A program made the position numbers and the translations under genes. DNA of 64,000 nt from IMG/VR virus record IMGVR_UViG_3300036398_002324, one strand, 5' to 3'. Numbering within the stretch: position 1 is the first letter of the stretch; each line of letters begins with the position of its first letter. This document shows positions 39,574-48,388 of the stretch, piece by piece. Below the pieces are notes generated by a model, which saw nothing but the letters and a program-made list of their open reading frames with translations, had not been told where the DNA came from and ran no database searches. The stretch is from a virus.

Positions 39574-39762
39574 ATGTCAACTTTACAAGATGTTGTTGAT
39601 GAAAATGAAATTGGTTATCAATATGCTATTCTTGATATCAAAAATGCAATAAGTAATTACGGCATAGATATAGTTCTGGAAGCAATTGATTCTTATGTAA
39701 ATGATAACGTCAATTTAGACTTGACAAACATTTATATCCCTGATACTATTACATTTCAATAG
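39574..39762 (+). CDS. Small hypothetical early protein
   Basis: GGAG RBS then ATG at 39574; downstream of the promoter. Confidence 0.55.
   Translation: MSTLQDVVDENEIGYQYAILDIKNAISNYGIDIVLEAIDSYVNDNVNLDLTNIYIPDTITFQ
39721..39749 (+). promoter_or_regulatory. sigma70 early promoter
   Basis: TTGACA-17-TACTAT with extended TG. Confidence 0.7.
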
Positions 39763-39777
39763 TAAACGAGGTTTCAA

Positions 39778-42132
39778 ATGAACAACATTCAAAATCAAAA
39801 GTCTGGTCTTGCCAAACTGATGGCAACCGAGAATCTCACTGTTCAACATGCCAAAACTTATACGGCATCATTTGATCCTAAAAATCGTATTCTAACATGT
39901 CCTATCTGGACAGAAATGTCTGGCGATCTTTATGACTTGCTAATGGGTCATGAAGTTGGTCACGCTATCGATACACCTGCCGATGGTTGGCATGGTGCTG
40001 TTCATGACCGCGGTCGTAGTTACAAGGGCTTTCTCAATGTGGTTGAAGATGCACGAATTGAGAAGCGCCAAAAACGCCGTTATCCTGGTCTACGTAAATC
40101 TTTTATCAACGGCTTCAGTGAACTAATGAACCGTGACTTCTTTGGTCTAAAGGGTCGTGATATCAATTCAATGTCATTCATTGACCGACTGAACTTATAC
40201 ACAAAGTCCAGTTATACAATGGACATTCAGTTCAATGACATTGAAAAAGATTTTGTTGAACGTGTTCAGGCTTGTGAATCTTTTGAAGAAGCCTTGAAAT
40301 TGACGGATGAAATTTGGGACTATTCAAAAGAAGAACAACAACAAACCGAAATGCCTCAAGATGATTTTGGCTATGAGTTTGATGAAGATGGTGAAGAATC
40401 TGAAGTCGGTTCTGGTGACGGTGATGCCGAGACTGATGGCAAAGGTAAACAAAAAGCAAAAACAAAAGCGAACGGTCAAGATGGTGACCAAGATTCTGAT
40501 GATTCATCTGACGGTGATGGTGAAGAATCCGATGAAGATGGTGAAGGTACAAAATCCGCAAAGTCTGACGGTGAATCTGAAGATGATGAATCTTTCGAAG
40601 AATCTGAACAGGGTAATGCTATCAATCGTTATAAAGAATCGAAAAGCCTTTCAGAGGGCTTAGATGACTTTGAACCTCGGTGTGAAACTGATGAAAACTT
40701 TCGTGCAAATGAATCTAGTCTTATTGCAAAAAATTCACGTGAATATGTTTATGTAAACATTCCTGCGCCGAATCTGAAAAACATTGTCACGCCAGCAAAA
40801 CGTGTTCAGGAACTTTTGACTGAAGATTTTTCCAAACAACGGCAAGATTATCAGCAAGTTGCCAATAATTTGTATGCAGATTTTCGTAAGAAAAATGAAC
40901 GGTATATCTCTCTTCTGGCAAAAGAATTTGAGATGCGTAAGGCTGCACAACGGTTTGCAAAAGCAAAAACTGCGTCCACTGGTGATATTGATATCAGCCG
41001 TGTATTCAAATATCAGATTGATGATAATATCTTCAAAAAAATCATGCGTGTTCCTAAGGGTAAGTCGCACGGTTTGGTTCTGTTACTTGATAAGTCTGGT
41101 TCAATGTCCGAAAATCTTACGGCATCATTAGAACAAATTCTGATTCTGGCATTGTTCTGCCGTAAAGTAAGCATTCCGTTCAGTGCATATGGTTTTGGTA
41201 ATGCAGAGAATGTCCGACACATGGATTTTCCTTCGGACCCATCGTTTGATGAGTACGGTAATGTAATTCTGAAAAGCTACAGCACTGGTTGCTTTTCTGA
41301 AAAAGAAGGTGACTTGCAACTTTCTAGTGTGTACCTGCGTGAGATGATTAATTCGAAAATGAGTAATTCTGAATTTTCGAATGCCGTGAAAAACATTCTG
41401 TGCGTTATGGATGCGTTTCAATACAGATATTCGTATGGTAAATTCTTTCAGCGTCCTAAGAGTGAAAGTTTATCAAACACACCATTGACTGAGGCTTTGA
41501 TTGCTTCTCAGCCAGTCATCAAAGAATTTCGCAAATTGAACAATCTTGATATTGTCAATCTGTGTGTGGTTCACGATGGCGATGCTGATACAACAACTAG
41601 CTATCATAATAATGGCACAAGAAATTATTATCGTGTGGGTTATCAGAATGTTTTTCTGTGCGACAAAAAAGAAAAACTGCAATTTGAATTGTCTGATGAT
41701 GAGAACGGTGCCAGAATTGCGGTATCAAAGTGGTTGACTAAAACCACTGGTGCTAAAATAATTGGTTTCTATCTTGCACCAGATTCACAAGTTAGAAATG
41801 TTATTCGCCGTCGGTTTGTGAATGATGAAGTTCTTGCTGCCGATGATAGTAACAAAAAATATACTTGGGAATGGAAGTGTGCTACTAATGAAGTTTATAG
41901 CAAGTATGCAAAAATCTTCCGTAAAAATAAGTATCTTGAATCCAAAAATGATGGCTACGAATCATTTTTCATCATTGCTGGTGGTAATGATTTGAATGTT
42001 GGTGATGACACGTTTGATGCACCCGATAAAGTTACCGCAACTAGTCTGTCAAAAGCATTTGGTAAGTTTACCAAAAATCGTCAAGTGAATCGGGTTCTGG
42101 TTTCACGATTCATTGGTATGATTGCTGCTTGA
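39778..42132 (+). CDS. CobT-like protein: HExxH peptidase-like domain, acidic linker, VWA domain
   Basis: HEVGHA...NVVEDARIE; D/E-rich linker; MIDAS DKSGS, TPL, HDGD. Confidence 0.8.
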   Translation: MNNIQNQKSGLAKLMATENLTVQHAKTYTASFDPKNRILTCPIWTEMSGDLYDLLMGHEVGHAIDTPADGWHGAVHDRGRSYKGFLNVVEDARIEKRQKRRYPGLRKSFINGFSELMNRDFFGLKGRDINSMSFIDRLNLYTKSSYTMDIQFNDIEKDFVERVQACESFEEALKLTDEIWDYSKEEQQQTEMPQDDFGYEFDEDGEESEVGSGDGDAETDGKGKQKAKTKANGQDGDQDSDDSSDGDGEESDEDGEGTKSAKSDGESEDDESFEESEQGNAINRYKESKSLSEGLDDFEPRCETDENFRANESSLIAKNSREYVYVNIPAPNLKNIVTPAKRVQELLTEDFSKQRQDYQQVANNLYADFRKKNERYISLLAKEFEMRKAAQRFAKAKTASTGDIDISRVFKYQIDDNIFKKIMRVPKGKSHGLVLLLDKSGSMSENLTASLEQILILALFCRKVSIPFSAYGFGNAENVRHMDFPSDPSFDEYGNVILKSYSTGCFSEKEGDLQLSSVYLREMINSKMSNSEFSNAVKNILCVMDAFQYRYSYGKFFQRPKSESLSNTPLTEALIASQPVIKEFRKLNNLDIVNLCVVHDGDADTTTSYHNNGTRNYYRVGYQNVFLCDKKEKLQFELSDDENGARIAVSKWLTKTTGAKIIGFYLAPDSQVRNVIRRRFVNDEVLAADDSNKKYTWEWKCATNEVYSKYAKIFRKNKYLESKNDGYESFFIIAGGNDLNVGDDTFDAPDKVTATSLSKAFGKFTKNRQVNRVLVSRFIGMIAA

Positions 42133-42157
42133 CAAAGTGTGGAACTTTCTTTATAAT
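42129..42157 (+). promoter_or_regulatory. Consensus sigma70 promoter
   Basis: TTGACA-17-TATAAT, perfect match. Confidence 0.88.
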
Positions 42158-42188
42158 GTAGTTTCTACTGTGATGAGGAGTTTATATT

Positions 42189-43382
42189 ATGGCAAGTCGT
42201 TCTGCTAAACGCCAGGTTTTTATTGATGCACTTATTGCAACTGGCAAATCTGAAGTTACAAAAGTTGATGTTGTTGCAATTGCTGAAAAGCTAAGTATTC
42301 CCGTTCCTCAGTGGTTCGTGAATGATGAATCTAACAAAGTAAAGCGTGGTGTTTATCGTGTTCCCGCTGCATCCAACGCGGCACCGGCTGCGTCCGTGGC
42401 TATCAATATGGCTGCACAAGTGATTCCGCTTGCAAAGCCTGAGCCAGTCGCTGGTAATCGTATTGCAAATGTGACAACTGACCTAGAAGTTACTGATTTG
42501 ATACCAACGCAGTATTCAAACTATGTACCTTTTGGCAACTTTGCTGATGTGTTGTCAATTGTACAATCAAATATGTTCTTCCCTGTTTTCGTTACGGGTC
42601 ATTCTGGTAACGGTAAAACAATGTCAATTGAGCAAGCTTGTGCCAAAGCAAAACGTAAATTCGTTTGTGTATCAATGACACCAGAAACCGATGAAGGCGA
42701 TCTTCTTGGTAACTATGTTCTGATCAACGGTCAGATGGAATGGCGTGATGGTCCTGTTACCGTTGCAGCCCGCCAGGGTGCTGTATTGTGTATTGATGAG
42801 ATTGATTACGGCGCACAAAATCTGTCCTGCCTTCAGCGTGTCCTTGAGGGTAAGCCGTTTCTTTTGAAAAAGAAAAACGAAATTGTTGCTCCTGCTCCTG
42901 GCTTTACTGTGTTTGCTACTGCTAACACAAAGGGTAAGGGTTCTGAAGATGGTCGCTATATGTTTACCAACGTATTGAACGAGGCGTTTCTTGAGCGTTT
43001 TCCTAATACGATGGAACAAGAATGGCCTCCTGCGAAAGTTGAACAGAAAATCATTGAAAAAGAATTGAAGTCGGTTAATCGTGAAGATGATGACTTCGCC
43101 AAAAAGCTTGTGACTTGGGCTACAGTGATTCGTAATACTTTCACTGAAGGTGGTTGTGATGAGGTTATCTCGACCCGCCGTTTGGTACATATCGTTAAAA
43201 CATACGGTATCTACGGTGATAAAATCAAAGCAATTAAGTATTGCTTGAATCGTTTTGATGTTGATACTTCGGTTACTTTCCTTGACTTGTATACCAAAGT
43301 TGATGGTGGTGCTGATGTTGATTCTATCAAAACTGCCGAAACACCTACAGCAGAAACAAATACGGAAGAAATTCCTTTCTAA
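42189..43382 (+). CDS. CobS/MoxR-family AAA+ ATPase
   Basis: GHSGNGKT, CIDEID, ATANTKG, NEAFLERF, ISTRRL. Confidence 0.88.
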   Translation: MASRSAKRQVFIDALIATGKSEVTKVDVVAIAEKLSIPVPQWFVNDESNKVKRGVYRVPAASNAAPAASVAINMAAQVIPLAKPEPVAGNRIANVTTDLEVTDLIPTQYSNYVPFGNFADVLSIVQSNMFFPVFVTGHSGNGKTMSIEQACAKAKRKFVCVSMTPETDEGDLLGNYVLINGQMEWRDGPVTVAARQGAVLCIDEIDYGAQNLSCLQRVLEGKPFLLKKKNEIVAPAPGFTVFATANTKGKGSEDGRYMFTNVLNEAFLERFPNTMEQEWPPAKVEQKIIEKELKSVNREDDDFAKKLVTWATVIRNTFTEGGCDEVISTRRLVHIVKTYGIYGDKIKAIKYCLNRFDVDTSVTFLDLYTKVDGGADVDSIKTAETPTAETNTEEIPF

Positions 43383-43395
43383 GCTAACATTTACC

Positions 43396-43427
43396 AAGGG
43401 GAGTGTTGACACACTCCCCTTTTTTTT
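43396..43427 (+). terminator. Rho-independent terminator after the CobS-like gene
   Basis: AAGGGGAGTGT-TGAC-ACACTCCCCTT plus T-run. Confidence 0.88.
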
Positions 43428-43434
43428 ATATACT
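43406..43434 (+). promoter_or_regulatory. sigma70 promoter embedded in the terminator
   Basis: TTGACA (43406-11)-17-TATACT (43429-34). Confidence 0.8.
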
Positions 43435-43442
43435 GACAATAT

Positions 43443-43484
43443 GTAGAGAACAGTCGCCTCTACTATTTCTTTTTTTGTGCGACT
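43443..43484 (+). promoter_or_regulatory. Predicted H-type RNA pseudoknot in the 5' UTR
   Basis: S1 GTAGAG/CTCTAC (43443-48/43458-63); S2 AGTCGC/GCGACT (43452-57/43479-84). Confidence 0.6.
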
Positions 43485-43506
43485 ATTTTTTAATGGAGTA
43501 AATTGA

Positions 43507-43770
43507 ATGTCTGCTAAACAGAAAATTCTAAACTATCTTTCTAAAGATTCTGGCTACAACACACTCACTGCGGCACAAATTCGTGCCCGTTTTGGTATCA
43601 CTAATGTTGGTGCCCGCATTGAAGAACTTCGTTCTGAAGGTCACTGCATTTATACCAACAAGAAAACCCTCGATAACGGTAAGACAATCACTTACTATCG
43701 TCTTGGCAAACCTAGCCGCGAAATGGTTGCAGCAGCACATGCAGTTTTTGGCGCAGAAGTTTTTGCCTAA
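43507..43770 (+). CDS. Small winged-helix DNA/RNA-binding protein
   Basis: KILNYL...LTAAQIRARFGITNVGARIEELRSEG..I; GGAG RBS. Confidence 0.7.
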   Translation: MSAKQKILNYLSKDSGYNTLTAAQIRARFGITNVGARIEELRSEGHCIYTNKKTLDNGKTITYYRLGKPSREMVAAAHAVFGAEVFA

Positions 43771-43785
43771 AAAGAAGTGAGTTTT

Positions 43786-43827
43786 AGAGTAGGAGCATAT
43801 ATATAATATGTGTTTCTACTCTTTTTT
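43786..43827 (+). terminator. Hairpin terminator after the wHTH gene
   Basis: AGAGTAGGAGCATAT...ATGTGTTTCTACTCT (15 bp, 3 GU) plus T-run. Confidence 0.7.
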
Positions 43828-43838
43828 ATGGATAAATT

Positions 43839-44654
43839 ATGCAGATACAAGTCAACCTTGAAGACCTAAGAAAAAACAAACTGTTCATTGCGACACCCAT
43901 GTATGGTGGAATGAATCACGGTTTGTACATGAAATCTTGTCTCGACCTTCAGACCATTATGATTAAGTATGGTATTGAAGTCAAATTTTCTTTCCTTTTT
44001 AATGAATCACTCATTACACGAGCAAGAAATTATCTAGTAGATGAATTTCTACGCTCAGATTATACCCATATGATGTTTATCGATTCAGATATTCATTTTG
44101 ACCCAAATGATGTTGTTGCATTGATGGCTCTCGATAAAGATGTTATTGGTGGTCCATATCCGAAGAAATCAATCAATTGGCAAAACATTGCCGATACTGC
44201 TCGGCGTCATCCAGATTTGAATCCTCGTGAACTTGAAAATCTTGTTGGCGAATATGTGTTCAATGTTGTGAAGGGTACGCAACAATTTCAAGTATCCGAA
44301 CCACTTGAAGTTATGGAGATTGGTACTGGTCATATGATGATTAAGCGTCATGTGTTCGAAAAGCTTGCAACAGAATTTCCAAAGATTCGTTACAAGCCAG
44401 ACCATGTTGGACAAGCACACTTTGATGGTTCACGTTACATTCATGCATACTTTGATACAGTGATTGATACTACTGACAGTTATACTGGTGGTGGTTCTGA
44501 CCGTTATCTATCTGAAGATTACATGTTCTGCCAAATGTGGCGTAAGATTGGTGGACAAGTTTGGTTATGTCCTTGGATGAGAACTCAACACATTGGTACA
44601 TATGCATTCACTGGTAATATGCCTGCTGTTGCACAATATACAGGAAAACTATAA
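43839..44654 (+). CDS. GT-A-fold glycosyltransferase-like protein
   Basis: FIATPMYGG, ESLITRARN, MFIDSDI (DxD), YLSEDYMFC. Confidence 0.7.
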   Translation: MQIQVNLEDLRKNKLFIATPMYGGMNHGLYMKSCLDLQTIMIKYGIEVKFSFLFNESLITRARNYLVDEFLRSDYTHMMFIDSDIHFDPNDVVALMALDKDVIGGPYPKKSINWQNIADTARRHPDLNPRELENLVGEYVFNVVKGTQQFQVSEPLEVMEIGTGHMMIKRHVFEKLATEFPKIRYKPDHVGQAHFDGSRYIHAYFDTVIDTTDSYTGGGSDRYLSEDYMFCQMWRKIGGQVWLCPWMRTQHIGTYAFTGNMPAVAQYTGKL

Positions 44655-45004
44655 TGGTTTATGATAAAATGTATGAGGTTGTTGATGATGAAAAACTTGA
44701 AATAGAAACCTTTGATATATCATCTTTGAATAAATCTATTAACTATAAATTTAGTGAAGACCGTATTCTTAAAGAATTGAAAGAATATATCGATAAGACA
44801 TATGGTCAACATTATGCTCAAAATAAATTCCAAGCATCAGAATTCATCGTTGATTCTGGACACGGTGAAGGATTTTTTATTGGAAATATTTTGAAGTATA
44901 CACAGCGATACGGTAAAAAGAATGGCTACAATAGAGATGACTTGATGAAAGTTGTTCACTATGCTATACTTGCATTACACAATCACGATTTGACAAGGAA
45001 ATAA
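44654..45004 (+). CDS. DUF3310-like conserved phage protein
   Basis: TYGQHY...GFFIGNILKY..RYGKK.G....DL.K..HY. Confidence 0.7.
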   Translation: MVYDKMYEVVDDEKLEIETFDISSLNKSINYKFSEDRILKELKEYIDKTYGQHYAQNKFQASEFIVDSGHGEGFFIGNILKYTQRYGKKNGYNRDDLMKVVHYAILALHNHDLTRK

Positions 45005-45007
45005 ATT

Positions 45008-45685
45008 ATGAAACTCTCTGATAACACACTTACGTTGCTGAAGAATTTTGCAACAATCAATCAAGGTATTATGTTCAAAAAAGGTAAGACACTCCGTACA
45101 GTGTCTAGTCAAAAGAACGTAATGGCTGAAGCAACAATCAATGAAGAAATTCCTACAGACTTTGGTGTATTTGATTTGAACAATTTTCTCTCAGTTCTTT
45201 CTCTACACAAAGATGATCCAGTCCTAGACTTTCAAGACAATAATGTTTTGATTTCTGGTCTACAGGGTCGTAGTAAAATCAAGTATCGATTCTGTGCGCC
45301 ACATATGCTTGTTGCTGCACCAGATAAAGCAATTGCAATGCCTGAGCCAGAGATTTCTTTTACTCTGAATCAGGAAGATTTTGACTGGATTCTTAAAGCA
45401 GCGTCAGTTCTCTCTTCACCGTTCATTGCAATTGAATCTGATGGCTCAAAACTTTCTGTGACAACATTTGACCCACAGAATGATGCAGCACATACAGAAT
45501 CACTTGAGATTGCAACCAGCAACAAGAAGTTCAAGATGTTGTTTAAGGTTGAGAATCTTAAAATGATTTCTGGTGCTTATGATGTTAAGATTTCATCGAA
45601 AGGTATTTCAAACTTTAAACATAAAACATTGAATCTTCAATACTGGATTGCAACTGAAACTGGTTCAAAATACGAGGGTGAATAA
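45008..45685 (+). CDS. gp45: Sliding clamp gp45
   Basis: MKLS..TL..LKNFATINQGI; FGVFDLNNFL; YWIATE. Confidence 0.93.
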   Translation: MKLSDNTLTLLKNFATINQGIMFKKGKTLRTVSSQKNVMAEATINEEIPTDFGVFDLNNFLSVLSLHKDDPVLDFQDNNVLISGLQGRSKIKYRFCAPHMLVAAPDKAIAMPEPEISFTLNQEDFDWILKAASVLSSPFIAIESDGSKLSVTTFDPQNDAAHTESLEIATSNKKFKMLFKVENLKMISGAYDVKISSKGISNFKHKTLNLQYWIATETGSKYEGE

Positions 45686-45855
45686 TGTTAGTATGGTTTA
45701 CTGATACGGATGGAAAGTCCGTAGCGATTGATAATCGTTATGTTGTAAGTGTTTTTGAAGAAGATGGTTCTAGTATTATTGATACTATGACAGGAGTTAT
45801 TATTGTTGAGGGGTCATCTCTTGATGTTGTAGCTCGACTTAACACTGCTCAGTAG
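45685..45855 (+). CDS. 56-aa small protein, FlbD/SwrD-like pattern
   Basis: TAATG-coupled to gp45; MLVWFTDTDGKSVAIDNRYVVSVFEEDGSSIIDTMTGVIIVEGSSLDVVARLNTAQ; not in the ORF track. Confidence 0.6.
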   Translation: MLVWFTDTDGKSVAIDNRYVVSVFEEDGSSIIDTMTGVIIVEGSSLDVVARLNTAQ

Positions 45856-45894
45856 TATTATTTTTTTTTATTATGATTATTGTGAGGAAATTCA

Positions 45895-46824
45895 ATGGAA
45901 CATCTCCTGTGGACCGAACGTTATCGTCCCCAAACGGTAGAAGATTGCATTCTACCAGAACGCTTGAAAGAAACTTTTCAACAGTACGTACAGCAGAAGG
46001 AGATACCAAATCTTCTTCTGACTGGTGGGGCGGGCGTAGGCAAGACAACAATTGCCAAAGCAATGTGCAACGAAATCGGTTGCGACTACATGATTCTCAA
46101 TGGTTCTGATGAGAATGGTGTTGACACAATTCGTGTAAAAATCAAGAACTATGCATCATCAATGTCGTTTACTGGTGGTCGTAAAGTTGTCATCCTAGAT
46201 GAAGCTGACTATCTAACTCCAAACGCACAAGCAATTCTAAGAAATGCCATTGAAGAGTTTGCAGTAAACTGTTCATTCATTTTCACTTGTAATTTCAAAA
46301 GCAGAATCATTGAGCCACTACACAGTCGGTGCGCTGTAATCGATTTTCGTTTGCAGAATGGTGAAAAAACCAAAATGGCATCAGCGTTTTTCAAACGCAT
46401 CACACACATACTAAACACAGAAAAAGTAGAATATGATGAGAAAGTGATTGCTGAACTTATCAAAAAACACTTTCCAGATTTTCGTCGTGCTATCAATGAA
46501 CTACAACGCTACTCTCAACTCGGCAAGATTGATGTAGGCATCCTCTCTCAGATTGGTGACATTTCTATTTCACAGATTGTCAAACATCTGAAAGAAAAAG
46601 ACTTTACGTCCGTCCGTAAATGGGCAGCGACAACTGATATTGATAGCACGACATTCTTTCGTAAACTATATGATGCTTTGTATGACATTGCAAAGCCTCA
46701 GAGTATTCCACAAGCAGTAGTTATCATTGCAGACTATCAATATAAACAAGCATTCGTTGCTGACCAAGAAATCAATCTTGTTGCTTGTCTGACTGAACTG
46801 ATGGCCAACGTGGAGTTTAAATGA
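45895..46824 (+). CDS. gp44: Clamp loader large subunit gp44
   Basis: WTERYRP, GAGVGKTT, ILDEAD, SRC motif. Confidence 0.95.
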   Translation: MEHLLWTERYRPQTVEDCILPERLKETFQQYVQQKEIPNLLLTGGAGVGKTTIAKAMCNEIGCDYMILNGSDENGVDTIRVKIKNYASSMSFTGGRKVVILDEADYLTPNAQAILRNAIEEFAVNCSFIFTCNFKSRIIEPLHSRCAVIDFRLQNGEKTKMASAFFKRITHILNTEKVEYDEKVIAELIKKHFPDFRRAINELQRYSQLGKIDVGILSQIGDISISQIVKHLKEKDFTSVRKWAATTDIDSTTFFRKLYDALYDIAKPQSIPQAVVIIADYQYKQAFVADQEINLVACLTELMANVEFK

Positions 46825-47207
46825 GCGACCCATTTGACTACGTTAAAGCTATTCTTCAGTCCAAAAAGCAACTGATTGTTGACGATTTGTCCGAGAAAGA
46901 TTATCAACCTTTTCTGACCAATCGTGCTTTGTCTCAACATAGTGACTGTGTTCTTTTTGCCAACGAGATGAATCGTCGGCATCACCTGGACAAAAAGCTT
47001 CAAAACGACTTTTTACTAAATACCATAAGGTCTATGAAAAGACCGTTTGCGAAGTGGGCTAAGGCAGAAAAAAACGATGATTTGGAATGTATCAAACTGG
47101 CTTTTGGCCTGTCTAATTCCAAAGCAAGAGAAGCTTTGCGCCTTCTTAGCGAAAAACAAATCCAACAAATAAAAGAAGAAACCCATAGAGGTGGATTAGG
47201 AAAATGA
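46821..47207 (+). CDS. gp62: Clamp loader small subunit gp62
   Basis: YQPFLTNRALS, FANEMN, KRPFAKW; synteny. Confidence 0.88.
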   Translation: MSDPFDYVKAILQSKKQLIVDDLSEKDYQPFLTNRALSQHSDCVLFANEMNRRHHLDKKLQNDFLLNTIRSMKRPFAKWAKAEKNDDLECIKLAFGLSNSKAREALRLLSEKQIQQIKEETHRGGLGK

Positions 47208-47208
47208 T

Positions 47209-47613
47209 ATGGTTGATTTATCCAAATTCGTTGAAGTCGTTCTAAAACATGAAGATGACTTTTTAAAAGTTCGTGAAACTTTGACACGTATTGGAGTGTC
47301 GAGTAGAAAAGAACGTGTTCTTTATCAATCCTGTCACATTCTTCATAAACAAGGTAAATATTACATAGTTCATTTTAAAGAATTGTTTGCACTGGACGGT
47401 AAACTGTCAACTATTACCGAAAATGATATACAAAGACGAAATGCAATTGCTAATTTACTTGAAGAATGGGGCTTGCTAAAGATTGTAAACTATGATATAC
47501 TAAAAGAAAATATGGCACCAATTCATCAAATTAAAATTATTTCTTTTAAAGAAAAAGATGATTGGGAACTTGTTGCTAAATATAATATAGGTAAAAAAGG
47601 TAGACCTGACTAA
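47209..47613 (+). CDS. regA: Translational repressor RegA
   Basis: DDFLKVRETLTRIG, LYQSCHILHKQGKYYIVHFKELF. Confidence 0.96.
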   Translation: MVDLSKFVEVVLKHEDDFLKVRETLTRIGVSSRKERVLYQSCHILHKQGKYYIVHFKELFALDGKLSTITENDIQRRNAIANLLEEWGLLKIVNYDILKENMAPIHQIKIISFKEKDDWELVAKYNIGKKGRPD

Positions 47614-47625
47614 GGACAACTTGTC

Positions 47626-47808
47626 ATGAATAAAGTGAAAGCCAATCATGTGAAACTAATTAATAAGTATACCAAAGAAGAAGTGTATACTAGGGATTAT
47701 GATGATGTAATGCGTGAAGGAAACAATGAGTTTATTCGTGTGTTTCAATTATCTAATCCCAATCGAACTTATCTTGTCAATCGTACAGCGTTTACGGTTG
47801 CCAAGTGA
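47626..47808 (+). CDS. Hypothetical protein
   Basis: AAGGA RBS; 60 aa. Confidence 0.55.
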   Translation: MNKVKANHVKLINKYTKEEVYTRDYDDVMREGNNEFIRVFQLSNPNRTYLVNRTAFTVAK

Positions 47809-47810
47809 GT

Positions 47811-47865
47811 CGTGATGCCTTCGGGGTCACGTAATTTAACTTGCTTAATTAAGGAGAAAACTATG
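47811..47865 (+). promoter_or_regulatory. ROSE-like RNA thermometer in the hsp20 leader
   Basis: 5' hairpin CGTGATGCC-TTCG-GGGTCACG; CTTGCTT (47840-46) pairs with SD AAGGAG (47851-56), leaving a bulged G. Confidence 0.7.
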
Positions 47866-48348
47866 ACTATCACTCGTATTAGCCCACTACTACATCAAAC
47901 TTTAGGCTTTGATCGTTTCTTTGACGATATTGAGAAATTGTTGTCTACTACGCCAGCACAACAAACAATCAACACATTTCCATATCACAATATTATCAGA
48001 GTAGATGAGAATCGCTACATTGTTGAACTTGCAGTTGCTGGTTTCAGCAAAGATGACATTGAAATTACTAGAGAAAAAAATACTCTTGTAATTAAAGGTG
48101 TCAAAGAAGAAGATGAGATGGGACAAGCGACATATCTTCATAGAGGTATTGCTGCACGTAATTTTACAAAAACAATTACTGTTGCTGATACTATCGAAGT
48201 ACACAGTTCAGAACTCAAAGATGGTATTCTGCGTGTGGGTCTTATCAATATTATTCCAGAACATCAGAAACCAAAACGTATTGAAATTGGTAACGAACTA
48301 AAATTCTTTGAGCCTCAACTTCTACAAGAAGAGAAAAAAGCAGCGTAA
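47863..48348 (+). CDS. hsp20: Small heat-shock protein Hsp20 (IbpA-like)
   Basis: GFDRFF, FPYHNI, ELAVAGF, YLHRGIAARNF, DGIL, KPKRIEI; start at 47863 follows the SD. Confidence 0.92.
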   Translation: MTITRISPLLHQTLGFDRFFDDIEKLLSTTPAQQTINTFPYHNIIRVDENRYIVELAVAGFSKDDIEITREKNTLVIKGVKEEDEMGQATYLHRGIAARNFTKTITVADTIEVHSSELKDGILRVGLINIIPEHQKPKRIEIGNELKFFEPQLLQEEKKAA

Positions 48349-48351
48349 TAC

Positions 48352-48373
48352 AGTGGGGCGCAAGCCCCACTTT
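48352..48373 (+). terminator. GNRA-loop hairpin terminator after hsp20
   Basis: AGTGGGGC-GCAA-GCCCCACT-TT; short U tract. Confidence 0.7.
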
Positions 48374-48388
48374 AAATAACCTAAAATT

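Noticed and set aside
39778-43382. Cobalamin biosynthesis (cobS/cobT) serving the B12 radical SAM
   Set aside because: No cobN or other cob genes here; generic MoxR/VWA pair with a peptidase-like domain
42672-43439. 255-aa minus-strand ORF
   Set aside because: Antisense shadow of the well-conserved CobS-like ATPase; no motifs; crosses a plus-strand terminator
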